Source: an uncultured Flavobacteriales bacterium
GTDB taxonomy: Bacteria > Bacteroidota > Bacteroidia > Flavobacteriales > UBA1820
Length of the DNA: 64,000 nucleotides
Assembly (NCBI GenBank): GCA_902478645.1
Contig: CABSLV010000001.1
Span: 15,701-79,700 of the forward strand
Direction: 5' to 3'
Below are positions 18,156 through 26,630 of the stretch, piece after piece; within the stretch, counting starts at the first letter, position 1; every line of letters starts with the position of its first letter. Below the pieces are notes generated by a model, which saw only the letters and a list, made by a program, of their open reading frames with translations, made no database searches and was not told the DNA's origin. The position numbers were made by a program, and so were the translations under genes.

Positions 18156-18914
18156 TTATTTTCCGTTTTCGCAAGACACTTCTCCGGAGGCTTCCGCCCG
18201 CGTTTGGTAACGCGCCAATACATCCAGGGCGATCCGCCCCTCGTAAATGGCTTTCCCGACGATCACCGAAGGCACACCCGAGCGTTGCAACTGGTCCAGA
18301 TCGTCCGTGGAGCTCACTCCCCCGGAGGCGATCAGGTGCACCTGCGGAAGGCGTTTGAGGATCTCTCGGTACAGCCCCGTCGAAGGTCCGCCCAGCATCC
18401 CGTCGCACGCTATGTCGGTACACATCAGGTATTTCAAAAAAGGAGCGTACTGCTCCGCCAACTGGTAAACCGTCGTATCGGTCACCGTTTTCCATCCGTG
18501 GATGCACACCCGCTCGTCTTTGACATCCGCTCCCAGGATGATCCTGCCGCCCCCGTAGCGCTGCAACCACCCGCGCACCCGCGGCACATCGGTTACCGCC
18601 AGGCTACCCACGCAGGCCATCGTCGCTCCGGCGGCAAACACCTGCTCGATGTCCCCATCCGTGTGGATGCCTCCGCCGAAATCCACCGCCAGGGTCGTCT
18701 CCCGGCAGATGCGCTGCAAGACCGCCAGATTGACCGAACGGCCGGCCCGGGCGCCGTCCAAGTCCACCACGTGCAGACGGGTGAAACCGGCCCGGTCATA
18801 CCCGCGGGCTATCTCCACCGGATCGTCGCCATAGACCTTGCACGCCGAGTAATCCCCTTGCGTCAGACGGACACAACGCCCGTCGATGATGTCGATAGCC
18901 GGAATGATCGTCAT
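18156..18914 (-). CDS. hisA: 1-(5-phosphoribosyl)-5-[(5-phosphoribosylamino)methylideneamino]imidazole-4-carboxamide isomerase
   Basis: 252 aa containing [15 protein letters not shown] and HVVDLDGA. Confidence 0.95.
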   Translation of the reverse strand: MTIIPAIDIIDGRCVRLTQGDYSACKVYGDDPVEIARGYDRAGFTRLHVVDLDGARAGRSVNLAVLQRICRETTLAVDFGGGIHTDGDIEQVFAAGATMACVGSLAVTDVPRVRGWLQRYGGGRIILGADVKDERVCIHGWKTVTDTTVYQLAEQYAPFLKYLMCTDIACDGMLGGPSTGLYREILKRLPQVHLIASGGVSSTDDLDQLQRSGVPSVIVGKAIYEGRIALDVLARYQTRAEASGEVSCENGK

Positions 18915-19519
18915 TGCTCTCTCCTGTATTTTTCGATGTTCTTCGATAAGAAATTCTCCAGCACCCGCCGTCCTCCCACCGAGGACTTTTCGGGATGGAA
19001 CTGGCAGCCGAAAAAGTTTTCATGCTCCAGTGCCGCCGCAAAGCGCAGCCCGTACCGGGTGCAAGCCGCCGCCCGGTCGTTTTCGGGCACGTAGTACGAA
19101 TGGACGAAATACATCCACGCCTCCTCGGGCAGTCCCTCGAAAAGGGGGCCTCGAAGCTCCGAGAGTGTATTCCATCCCATGTGCGGGACTTTCATCCCGG
19201 CGGGAAACCTCCGCACCTCCAGCGGAAAGATGCCCAACCCGTCCACCTGGCCTTCCTCGCTGTGGCGGCACATCAGCTGCATGCCCAGGCATATCCCCAA
19301 GACCGGCTTCCCGAGTGTCGGGATTACCTCCTTGAGTCCGGTTTCAGCCAGGCGGTGCATCGCCGCCTCGGCCTGCCCCACCCCGGGGAATATCACCCGG
19401 TCGGCCCGGCGGATCGTCTTTTCCTCCCGGGTGATGCACACCCGCGCACCGAGACGCTCGAGTGCCGTGGCCACCGAAAAGACATTGCCCGCTCCGTAAT
19501 CGATAATCGCTACTTCCAT
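18911..19519 (-). CDS. hisH: imidazole glycerol phosphate synthase glutaminase subunit
   Basis: The track ORF was trimmed to MEVAIIDYGAGNVFSV (in-frame ATG at 19519). Contains GICLGMQ and QFHPEKS. Confidence 0.95.
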   Translation of the reverse strand: MEVAIIDYGAGNVFSVATALERLGARVCITREEKTIRRADRVIFPGVGQAEAAMHRLAETGLKEVIPTLGKPVLGICLGMQLMCRHSEEGQVDGLGIFPLEVRRFPAGMKVPHMGWNTLSELRGPLFEGLPEEAWMYFVHSYYVPENDRAAACTRYGLRFAAALEHENFFGCQFHPEKSSVGGRRVLENFLSKNIEKYRREQ

Positions 19520-19533
19520 CCTTTCCCGTTTTT

Positions 19534-20637
19534 TCAGATCACCCCTTTGGACGAGGGGATCCCCTGTCCTGCGGTACGGTTTACGGCCATTTTCACTGCG
19601 CGGGCAAAGGCCTTGAACACCCCCTCGATCACGTGGTGGGTATTCTCGCCCGAAGCCTTCACGTGCAGGTTGGCCCGCGCCGCCTGCGCGAAGGAATCGA
19701 AGAAATGCCGGGTCATCTCCGTCGGAAAATCGCCCACATACTCCCGCGAGAGCGGAACATCCCACTGCAAGGCGTACCGGCCGCCGAAATCCAGCAGAAC
19801 CTCGGCCCGCGCCTCGTCCATCGGCAAGGCGAAACCGTAACGTTCGATGCCTTTCTTGCTGCCCAACGCCCGGTCGAAACACTCGCCCAGCACGATGCCC
19901 GTATCCTCGATCGTATGGTGCTCGTCCACATAAAGATCTCCCTTGACCTCGACCGTGAGATCCACCCCGCCGTGGCGGGCGATCTGCTGGAGCATGTGGT
20001 CGAAAAAGCCGATGCCGGTGTCGATCCGCTCCTGCCCGCTCCCGTTGAGGTCCAAACGGACGAACACGTCGGTCTCCGACGTCTTGCGGTGCACCTCGGC
20101 GCGGCGCGCGCCGCGGATCACCGCCTGGGCGATCTGCTGCCAACCCTCCACCGCCTCGGCCTGCGGCAGATCGGCCACCTGCTGCGCCTGACCGAGGAAG
20201 AAACCCCGAAGGCCCATATTGGCCGCCAACTCCATGTCGCTGCGGCGGTCGCCGATCACGTAGCTGTTCTCGGTGTCCAGGTATTCGTTCAGGTAGCGCT
20301 CCACCATGCCCGTGCGGGGTTTGCGGCCGGGCGAATCGTCCTGCGGGAAACTCCGGTCGATGAGCACCTGATCAAACCGCACCCCCTCGCCTTCGAACGT
20401 ATCCAGCATCAGGCGGTGCGCCGGCCAGAAGGTTTCTTCCGGAAACGCCTCGGTACCCAAGCCATCCTGGTTGGTTACCATCACCAGACGATAATCCGTC
20501 TCGGACACGATGCGGGAAAGCGCACCGATCGCCCCCGGGACGAACGACAGTTTGGACAGATCGTCCACCTGCTCGTCCTCCGGTTCACGGATCAACGTCC
20601 CGTCGCGGTCGATAAAAAGGATCTTCTTCTTTTCCAT
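19534..20637 (-). CDS. hisB: bifunctional histidinol-phosphatase / imidazoleglycerol-phosphate dehydratase
   Basis: 367 aa with an N-terminal HAD motif FIDRDGT and a C-terminal IGPD domain (HHTIED, HH..E). Confidence 0.95.
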   Translation of the reverse strand: MEKKKILFIDRDGTLIREPEDEQVDDLSKLSFVPGAIGALSRIVSETDYRLVMVTNQDGLGTEAFPEETFWPAHRLMLDTFEGEGVRFDQVLIDRSFPQDDSPGRKPRTGMVERYLNEYLDTENSYVIGDRRSDMELAANMGLRGFFLGQAQQVADLPQAEAVEGWQQIAQAVIRGARRAEVHRKTSETDVFVRLDLNGSGQERIDTGIGFFDHMLQQIARHGGVDLTVEVKGDLYVDEHHTIEDTGIVLGECFDRALGSKKGIERYGFALPMDEARAEVLLDFGGRYALQWDVPLSREYVGDFPTEMTRHFFDSFAQAARANLHVKASGENTHHVIEGVFKAFARAVKMAVNRTAGQGIPSSKGVI

Positions 20638-20701
20638 CGTATCTGTTTTCGTTTTTTCTCTTTTGCCGGAAGGATCCTTCGGGCCCTCCCGTCCGCGCCT
20701 T

Positions 20702-21748
20702 TCAATCCTCCGGGCAGAAATCGGCGAGCAACTGCTCCAAACGGTCGTTTTGCTCGGGCGTGCCCACCGTGATCCGCAACGCGGAGGGGATCCGCGGCGG
20801 AATGTCGCGCACGCGCACCACCACCTTGTTCTCGGTCAGGTAACGGTACAACGAACGGAAATACGGACTGGAAGCCAGCACGAAATTGGCCTGCGAAGGC
20901 CACACGCGCTCGAACCAGGGGCAGGCGCGCAACATCGCCTCCAAACGGTCCCGCTGGGCTTTTATCACTTCCATCTTTTCCCGGTAGCCTGACAGGTCGG
21001 AGAGCGTTTCGAGTGCCGCGCGCTGGGTGAGCCCGCCCACGTTGTACGGTGCCTTGACCTTGGAGAACACCCCAGCCAGGTACTCGTGCGAAAAACACAT
21101 TCCCAGGCGCAGGGACGCCATTCCCCACGACTTGGAAAGGGTCTGCAGAATGATCAGATTGGGATATTTCTCCAGCAAACCCACCGCCGAAGGCTCGGTT
21201 GAAAAATCGACATACGCCTCATCCACCACCACGAAAGCCGGAAAACGGGCGCAAAACGCTTCGATGTCCGCCAGCGGAACGGGCGTACCCACCGGATTGT
21301 TGGGACTGACCACGAACACCGCCTTGGTGCAGGCGTCCGAAACGGCCTCGGCCCCCTTCCAGTCGGGCTGGAAATCGGGCGTGAGGTCCAACCGCCGCAC
21401 CTCCACCTCATTGATGTGCGCCGCCACCTCGTACATGGAATACCCCGGGGAGAAAACCACGATGTTGTCCTGCCCCGGCCGGCAAAGGCTCCGGATGACG
21501 ATGTCGATGATCTCGTCGCTGCCGTTGCCCAGCACCATCCGCTCCACCGGCACGCCCTTAAGGGCGGAAAGCGCTTTCTTGAGCGCGCGCTGGTGCGGGT
21601 CGGGATAGCGGTTCAGGCCGGTATCGAACGGATTTTCATTGGCATCGAGGAACAGGGCCTGGTCCCCGTCGTATTCGTCGCGCGCACAGGAGTACGGCTC
21701 CAGCGCCCGGATATTGGGGCGCACCAGGTGTTCGAGAGGGAAACTCAT
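20702..21748 (-). CDS. hisC: histidinol-phosphate aminotransferase
   Basis: Trimmed to MSFPLEHLVRPNIRALEPY (in-frame). ATGA overlap with the hisD stop. Contains the SKSWG PLP-lysine region. Confidence 0.9.
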   Translation of the reverse strand: MSFPLEHLVRPNIRALEPYSCARDEYDGDQALFLDANENPFDTGLNRYPDPHQRALKKALSALKGVPVERMVLGNGSDEIIDIVIRSLCRPGQDNIVVFSPGYSMYEVAAHINEVEVRRLDLTPDFQPDWKGAEAVSDACTKAVFVVSPNNPVGTPVPLADIEAFCARFPAFVVVDEAYVDFSTEPSAVGLLEKYPNLIILQTLSKSWGMASLRLGMCFSHEYLAGVFSKVKAPYNVGGLTQRAALETLSDLSGYREKMEVIKAQRDRLEAMLRACPWFERVWPSQANFVLASSPYFRSLYRYLTENKVVVRVRDIPPRIPSALRITVGTPEQNDRLEQLLADFCPED

Positions 21749-23043
21749 TTCTTCAACGCATTTAGTCGTATCGTTACCGCCCGGCTGTGCGCATCGAGCT
21801 GCTCGGCCTGCGCCATCGTCTGGATGACCGGTCCCAAAGCCTGCAAAGCCGACGGAGTTACTTTCTGGAAGGTGATCTTCTTGACGAACGCATCGACGTT
21901 CACCCCGCTGTACGCGCGGGCATAAGCACTGGTGGGCAAAGTATGGTTGGTACCCGAAGCATAGTCCCCGGCGCTCTCCGGCGAATAGTTTCCCAGAAAG
22001 ACCGAACCGGCATTCTCTACCGCCCGGGCGTATTTCTCGCTCTGCCGCACGCTCAGGATCAAGTGTTCGGGAGCATAGGCGTTGGAAAACTCCAGGCACC
22101 GTTCGATGCTCTCCAGGACGATGATTCGGGAGTGCGACAAGGCCTTTTCAGCTATGTCCCTGCGGGGCAACTCGGCCAACTGACGCTCCAGTTCGGCCTG
22201 CACCCGCGCGGGAAAATCCTTCCGGTCGGTCAGCAGCACCACCTGGCTGTCCGGACCGTGCTCGGCCTGGGAAAGCAGGTCGGCCGCCACGAAATCGGCC
22301 CGCGCCCCTCCATCGGCCACCACCAGCACCTCGGAAGGCCCGGCCGGCATGTCGATGGCCACCCCGAAACGCTGCGCCAGTTGTTTGGCCGCCATCACGT
22401 ATCCGTTGCCCGGACCGAACAGTTTGTTCACCGCCGGAATGCTTTCCGTACCGAAGGTCATCCCGGCGATGGCCTGGATACCTCCCACGCGGAATACCTT
22501 CTCGACCCCGCACAGGCGCGCCGTCCACAGCACCGCAGGATTCACCCGACCGTCCTTGCCGGGAGGGGTACACATCACCACCTCGGGGCAACCGGCGATC
22601 GCGGCCGGCACCGCCAGCATGAGCACCGTGGAAAAGAGCGGAGCGCTCCCACCCGGCACGTAGATCCCCACACGGCGGATCGGACGCGCCTGTTGGCGGC
22701 ACACCACCCCCTGAGGGCTCTTCCAACGCAGCGAGCGGGAAACCTGACGCAGGTGGAAACCCTCGATATTTTCCCGCGCCGTGCGGATAGCCTGCTGGAG
22801 CGACGGGGGGACAAGCTCCCGGGCGCGGTCGAATTCCTCGGCGGAGACCGCCAGGTCCGACACCTTCACCCGGTCGAAACGCTCGGTGTAGCGGCGCAGG
22901 GCTGCATCGCCCTCCGTGCGCACCTGGTCGAATATCTCCCGGCAGACGGCTTCCAGGGCGGAAGTATCCGTTCTGGGACGTTCGCACAGTTCCTCCCAGC
23001 GGGATTCTTCAGGGTAGAAAATCGTTTCCATGGTCATCAACAA
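21745..23043 (-). CDS. hisD: histidinol dehydrogenase
   Basis: 432 aa containing QAEHGPDSQ and HTLPT motifs. The start may be a few codons downstream. Confidence 0.95.
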   Translation of the reverse strand: MLMTMETIFYPEESRWEELCERPRTDTSALEAVCREIFDQVRTEGDAALRRYTERFDRVKVSDLAVSAEEFDRARELVPPSLQQAIRTARENIEGFHLRQVSRSLRWKSPQGVVCRQQARPIRRVGIYVPGGSAPLFSTVLMLAVPAAIAGCPEVVMCTPPGKDGRVNPAVLWTARLCGVEKVFRVGGIQAIAGMTFGTESIPAVNKLFGPGNGYVMAAKQLAQRFGVAIDMPAGPSEVLVVADGGARADFVAADLLSQAEHGPDSQVVLLTDRKDFPARVQAELERQLAELPRRDIAEKALSHSRIIVLESIERCLEFSNAYAPEHLILSVRQSEKYARAVENAGSVFLGNYSPESAGDYASGTNHTLPTSAYARAYSGVNVDAFVKKITFQKVTPSALQALGPVIQTMAQAEQLDAHSRAVTIRLNALKK

Positions 23044-23050
23044 TACCTCC

Positions 23051-23908
23051 TTACAGGATCATTTTTTCGATCGGCGCGATCAGGATACCTTCCGCACCGG
23101 CCTCTTTCAGTTTTCCGATCACTTCCCAGAACTTTTCCTCGCTCACCACCGAGTGGATCGACACCCAACCTTTTTCCCGCAAGGGGATGATCGTCGGACT
23201 CTTCATTCCCGGAAGCAGCGAGCAGATCTTCTCCAGGGACGCTTCCGGCGCATTGAGCAGGATGTACTTGCAGTTGCGGGCGGTAAGCACGGCCTTGATC
23301 CGGAAGACCAACTGGTCGAGCAGCGCCTGCTTCTCGGGAGAAAGGTCGGGATTGGCCAACAGGACAGCCTGCGAGTCCAACACCTTGTGTACCTCCTTCA
23401 GCCCGTTCTTGAACAGCGTGCTCCCCGAGCTGACAATGTCGAAGATAGCGTGCGCCAAGCCGATGCCCGGAGCGATCTCGACCGAACCGGAGATCTCGTG
23501 AATCTCGGCCTGGATGCCTTCCCGTTTCAGAAAATCGGACAGGGTGTTGGGGTACGACGTGGCGATCTTCTTCCCCTGGAAATAGGACAAACCCTCGTAG
23601 GGGACATCCCGGGGAACAGCCATCGACACCCGGCAGCGGGAAAAGCCGAGCGGGAGCACCCGCCGGTTGCCGGTGCGTTTTTCGATTTCGGTATTCTCTC
23701 CCAGGATGGCGATGTCCGCCACCCCGTCGCGCACGTACTGCGGAATATCGGAATTGCGCAGGTACAGCACTTCCAAGGGGAAGTTCGATGCCTGGGCCAT
23801 CAGCTGGTCCGCACCGTTGTTGATCGAGATACCGCACTCTTTGAGCAGGTTCAGGGAGTCTTCGTTCAGACGTCCCGACTTTTGGATAGCGATCTTCAGA
23901 TAAGTCAT
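23051..23908 (-). CDS. hisG: ATP phosphoribosyltransferase (long form)
   Basis: 285 aa containing LKIAIQKSGRL and DIVSSGSTL. Confidence 0.95.
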   Translation of the reverse strand: MTYLKIAIQKSGRLNEDSLNLLKECGISINNGADQLMAQASNFPLEVLYLRNSDIPQYVRDGVADIAILGENTEIEKRTGNRRVLPLGFSRCRVSMAVPRDVPYEGLSYFQGKKIATSYPNTLSDFLKREGIQAEIHEISGSVEIAPGIGLAHAIFDIVSSGSTLFKNGLKEVHKVLDSQAVLLANPDLSPEKQALLDQLVFRIKAVLTARNCKYILLNAPEASLEKICSLLPGMKSPTIIPLREKGWVSIHSVVSEEKFWEVIGKLKEAGAEGILIAPIEKMIL

Positions 23909-23956
23909 TTTGCGTTCGTTTAAGATTTCTCCGGTCTTTCCCCGGGCGGCCGACTA

Positions 23957-23987
23957 CGAAAAAACCCGCCACGGAAACCGGCGGGTT
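23957..23987 (-). terminator. attenuator terminator upstream of hisG
   Basis: On the minus strand AACCCGCC / GGCGGGUU forms an 8-bp stem with a 9-nt loop, followed by U6. It ends about 49 nt before the hisG ATG. Confidence 0.7.
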
Positions 23988-24038
23988 GTAGGGTACTTGT
24001 CGTATTCGGATACAGCATAACCTTCCTCCTGCCCGGCT

Positions 24039-24092
24039 TCAGGCGGTGCAATGGTGGACAGGATGCAGGATACCGTATTTCATTGTCTTCAT
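24039..24092 (-). CDS. candidate his leader peptide MKTMKYGILHPVHHCTA
   Basis: ATG AAG ACA ATG AAA TAC GGT ATC CTG CAT CCT GTC CAC CAT TGC ACC GCC TGA read from the minus strand. Three His codons fall within five codons. It lies directly behind a TAAATTTG box and 51 nt before the terminator. Confidence 0.45.
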   Translation of the reverse strand: MKTMKYGILHPVHHCTA

Positions 24093-24103
24093 CTAATGCG
24101 GGA

Positions 24104-24111
24104 CAAATTTA
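24104..24111 (-). promoter_or_regulatory. -7 box TAAATTTG for the his leader/operon
   Basis: Reverse complement of caaattta, 11 nt upstream of the leader ATG. Confidence 0.55.
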
Positions 24112-24268
24112 AGGATTTTTTTCATCCCTCCAAATTTTTTTGGAGAAAATACGAAAAACCCCATCATTCGGTTCAAAAATCCTCACCGGCAAGCCCTCCC
24201 CGCAGGATCTGCAAATATTTTTTTGGTCCGCAACGCAAAAAAACTTGTTTGATGAAAAGAAAAACGCG

Positions 24269-24276
24269 TATATTTG
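24269..24276 (+). promoter_or_regulatory. -7 box TATATTTG for tRNA-Leu
   Basis: Ends 9 nt before the tRNA 5' end. Confidence 0.6.
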
Positions 24277-24285
24277 CACCCGCAA

Positions 24286-24366
24286 GCCCCGATGGTGGAA
24301 TGGTAGACACGCATGTTTCAGGTACATGTGCCGCAAGGTGTGCTGGTTCGAGTCCGGTTCGGGGCA
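24286..24366 (+). tRNA. tRNA-Leu (anticodon CAG), long variable arm
   Basis: Acceptor GCCCCGA/TCGGGGC, anticodon stem catgt/acatg with loop ttCAGgt, 13-nt variable arm, T-loop TTCGAGT. Confidence 0.9.
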
Positions 24367-24369
24367 CAG

Positions 24370-24402
24370 AAAGCCTTCACAGAATACTGTGAAGGCTTTT
24401 TT
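24370..24402 (+). terminator. terminator after tRNA-Leu
   Basis: aaagccttcacag aata ctgtgaaggcttt followed by ttt. Confidence 0.8.
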
Positions 24403-24466
24403 GTATCCTGCATCTTCTGTCCACCTCAACGCTTTTTCACCCCCTCCTTTCCGCAAAACGCACCAT

Positions 24467-24505
24467 AAAAAAGGCGCCCCTCATCTACCGAGGAGCGCCT
24501 TTTTA
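24467..24505 (-). terminator. terminator after lysC
   Basis: aaaaaaggcgcccctc / gaggagcgccttttt with one mismatch and A/T runs on both sides. Confidence 0.7.
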
Positions 24506-24522
24506 TAGCAAGAACGAAAGGC

Positions 24523-25854
24523 TCAATGCTTGAACAAATGATCGCTCAGGCACTTGAGTACGTCTTTCTTGGCTGCGGTATCGATCAGGATCGAGATATT
24601 GTTCCGGCTGCCGCCGTAGGAAATCATCCGCACGGGCTTCCCTTTGAGAGCCGCAAAAATCTCCATGCTGCGGGGATCTTCCACAATGTCGTGCCCCACC
24701 ACTGAAACGATGGTCTGGTCCTTGTCCACCGACACGATCCCGAATTCGCGCAACTCGGAGACGATCCTCGACAGGTAATTGTCGTCGTCGATGGTCAGCG
24801 AAACGGCCACCTCGGAAGTGGTGATCATGTCGATCGGGGTGCGGTAGCGTTCGAATATCTCGAAGATCCGGCGAAGGAAGCCGTAAGCCATCATCATCCG
24901 CCCGGACTGGATCTTGATGGCAATGATACCGTCCTTGGCCGCGATGGCTTTCACCCCGCCCTTCCCGTAATCGGAGCAGATGAGCGTGCCGTGCGCCTTG
25001 GGATCGAGCGTGTACTTCAACCAAACGGGAACCCCCGCGTTGTGCGCCGGGATGACGCAAAGCGGATGGAGGATCTTGGCACCGAAATACGCCAACTCCT
25101 CAGCCTCGGTGTACGAGAGCATCTCCACCGGAGCGGTATTCTCCACCACGCGCGGGTCATTGTCGTGCAGTCCGTCTATGTCGGTCCATATCTGCACTTC
25201 GGATGCCTTGATCGCCGCTCCGATGATCGTAGCGGTATAGTCGCTGCCCCCGCGCCGCAGGTTGTCCACCTCGCCCCAGGCGTTCAGACAGATGTACCCC
25301 TGAGTGATAAACAGTTCCGTACCCGGATTGGCCTCGAGTTTGGCCTGGAGGTTCTGCGCGATGTAGTACATGTCGGGTTCGCCCAGACGGTCGGTCCGCA
25401 TGAACGAGAGCGCCGGTACCAGGACACTGCCCACACCGTTTTCCCGCAGGTACATGTGGAACAACTCCGTGGACAGAAGCTCGCCGAAGGACAAGACGGC
25501 CTTCTCATCCTGAATGACGAAATAATCGGTCAGGTACCGCTCCAGGGCATCGAATTTCCCTTGAACGAAGTCCCGGGCCTGCTGTTTGGTCTCCTCCTTG
25601 CGGTACAATTCCTCGATCACCTCGAGGTACTTCCGGCGCAGTCCGGCTGCTACCTCATGAGCCTGGGAAGCCTTTTCGGCATAGCACAGGTCGCACATCT
25701 CCACCAGAGTGTTGGTCGTGCCGGCCATGGCCGAGAGTACGACGATTTTCGGCGCAGGATCGGAGCCGATGATCCGGGCCACTTCGGCCATGCGTTTGGC
25801 CGTCCCTACCGACGTGCCGCCAAACTTGTACACTTTCATTTTCTTCGCATCCAT
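24523..25854 (-). CDS. lysC: aspartate kinase
   Basis: 443 aa containing KFGGTSVG at the N-terminus and two C-terminal ACT-like regions. Confidence 0.9.
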   Translation of the reverse strand: MDAKKMKVYKFGGTSVGTAKRMAEVARIIGSDPAPKIVVLSAMAGTTNTLVEMCDLCYAEKASQAHEVAAGLRRKYLEVIEELYRKEETKQQARDFVQGKFDALERYLTDYFVIQDEKAVLSFGELLSTELFHMYLRENGVGSVLVPALSFMRTDRLGEPDMYYIAQNLQAKLEANPGTELFITQGYICLNAWGEVDNLRRGGSDYTATIIGAAIKASEVQIWTDIDGLHDNDPRVVENTAPVEMLSYTEAEELAYFGAKILHPLCVIPAHNAGVPVWLKYTLDPKAHGTLICSDYGKGGVKAIAAKDGIIAIKIQSGRMMMAYGFLRRIFEIFERYRTPIDMITTSEVAVSLTIDDDNYLSRIVSELREFGIVSVDKDQTIVSVVGHDIVEDPRSMEIFAALKGKPVRMISYGGSRNNISILIDTAAKKDVLKCLSDHLFKH

Positions 25855-25873
25855 TTTCCGGAGTGTTTTGCCG

Positions 25874-25881
25874 CAAAGTTA
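25874..25881 (-). promoter_or_regulatory. -7 box TAACTTTG for lysC
   Basis: Reverse complement of caaagtta, about 20 nt upstream of the ATG at 25854. Confidence 0.55.
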
Positions 25882-25932
25882 AAACAAATAAATAATGTGT
25901 GTTCCCCTTTAACTTATTTGTATAATATTTTG

Positions 25933-25940
25933 TATCTTTG
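25933..25940 (+). promoter_or_regulatory. -7 box TATCTTTG
   Basis: About 27 nt upstream of the ATG at 25967, divergent from lysC. Confidence 0.55.
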
Positions 25941-25966
25941 TTGTAAATTAAACAAATCTTATCGCC

Positions 25967-26626
25967 ATGAAATCCATTTCCTCCGTCGTAGAAAGCCTGA
26001 TCAAGGAAAAACCCTACCTGGAAGAAGCCCTTGCCCAGGATCTTATCAATATTTCCTCGCTGGCGCGCGCTCTGCAGCCCGAGATCGAAGCCGAACTGAA
26101 AAAAGAGGTCCGGGAAGGAGCCATCATCATGGCCATCAAACGCATCCACCCCATCCTGCAATTCGAACTGGAAAACAAGATCCGCCAGATCATCCGGGCA
26201 CTGGGCGACATCACCGTCCGTTCGAACCTGGTGAAATACACCTTCCGCAACTCCTCCACCCTTATCCTGCGCCAAGGACAGCTGCTGGACAAGATCGGCC
26301 ATGCCAAGGAGATCTTCTACACCTATTCTCAAGGGGTGTACGAAACGACCATCATCCTGTCCAATACGGCCGAAGAATACGTCGAGACGTGTTTCCGGGG
26401 GGAACAACTGGTCTCCAAAGCACCGAACCTGGCTTCGATCACCGTCAAACTCCCGGAGGAAAACTCCAACTGCTCCGGCCTGTACTACTACATCTTCAAG
26501 AAGATCGCCTGGGAGGGCATCAACCTGCTGGAAGTCGTCTCCACCACCAACGAATTTACCCTGATCGTATCGCAGGACGACATCGACAAAGCCTTCTCGG
26601 TGGTCAAACGCCTGAACATCGCCTGA
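25967..26626 (+). CDS. hypothetical protein with C-terminal ACT-like region
   Basis: 219 aa. The C-terminal segment LASITVKLPEENSNCSGLYYYIFKKIAWEGINLLEVVSTTNEFTLIV resembles the ACT fold pattern of aspartokinases. Confidence 0.55.
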   Translation: MKSISSVVESLIKEKPYLEEALAQDLINISSLARALQPEIEAELKKEVREGAIIMAIKRIHPILQFELENKIRQIIRALGDITVRSNLVKYTFRNSSTLILRQGQLLDKIGHAKEIFYTYSQGVYETTIILSNTAEEYVETCFRGEQLVSKAPNLASITVKLPEENSNCSGLYYYIFKKIAWEGINLLEVVSTTNEFTLIVSQDDIDKAFSVVKRLNIA

Positions 26627-26630
26627 AGCC

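Noticed and set aside
18911-22099. N-terminal extensions of the hisH (to 20143) and hisC (to 22099) track ORFs
   Set aside because: The extensions overlap hisB and hisD in other frames and are low-complexity. Canonical N-termini (MEVAIIDYGAGN and MSFPLEHLV) occur at in-frame ATGs with operon-typical junctions.
24128-24145. Small inverted repeat ctccaaa tttt tttggag upstream of the his leader promoter
   Set aside because: The stem is 7 bp and AT-rich, lies in an AT-rich spacer and has no U-run in the right orientation. It could be an operator, but there is no supporting evidence.
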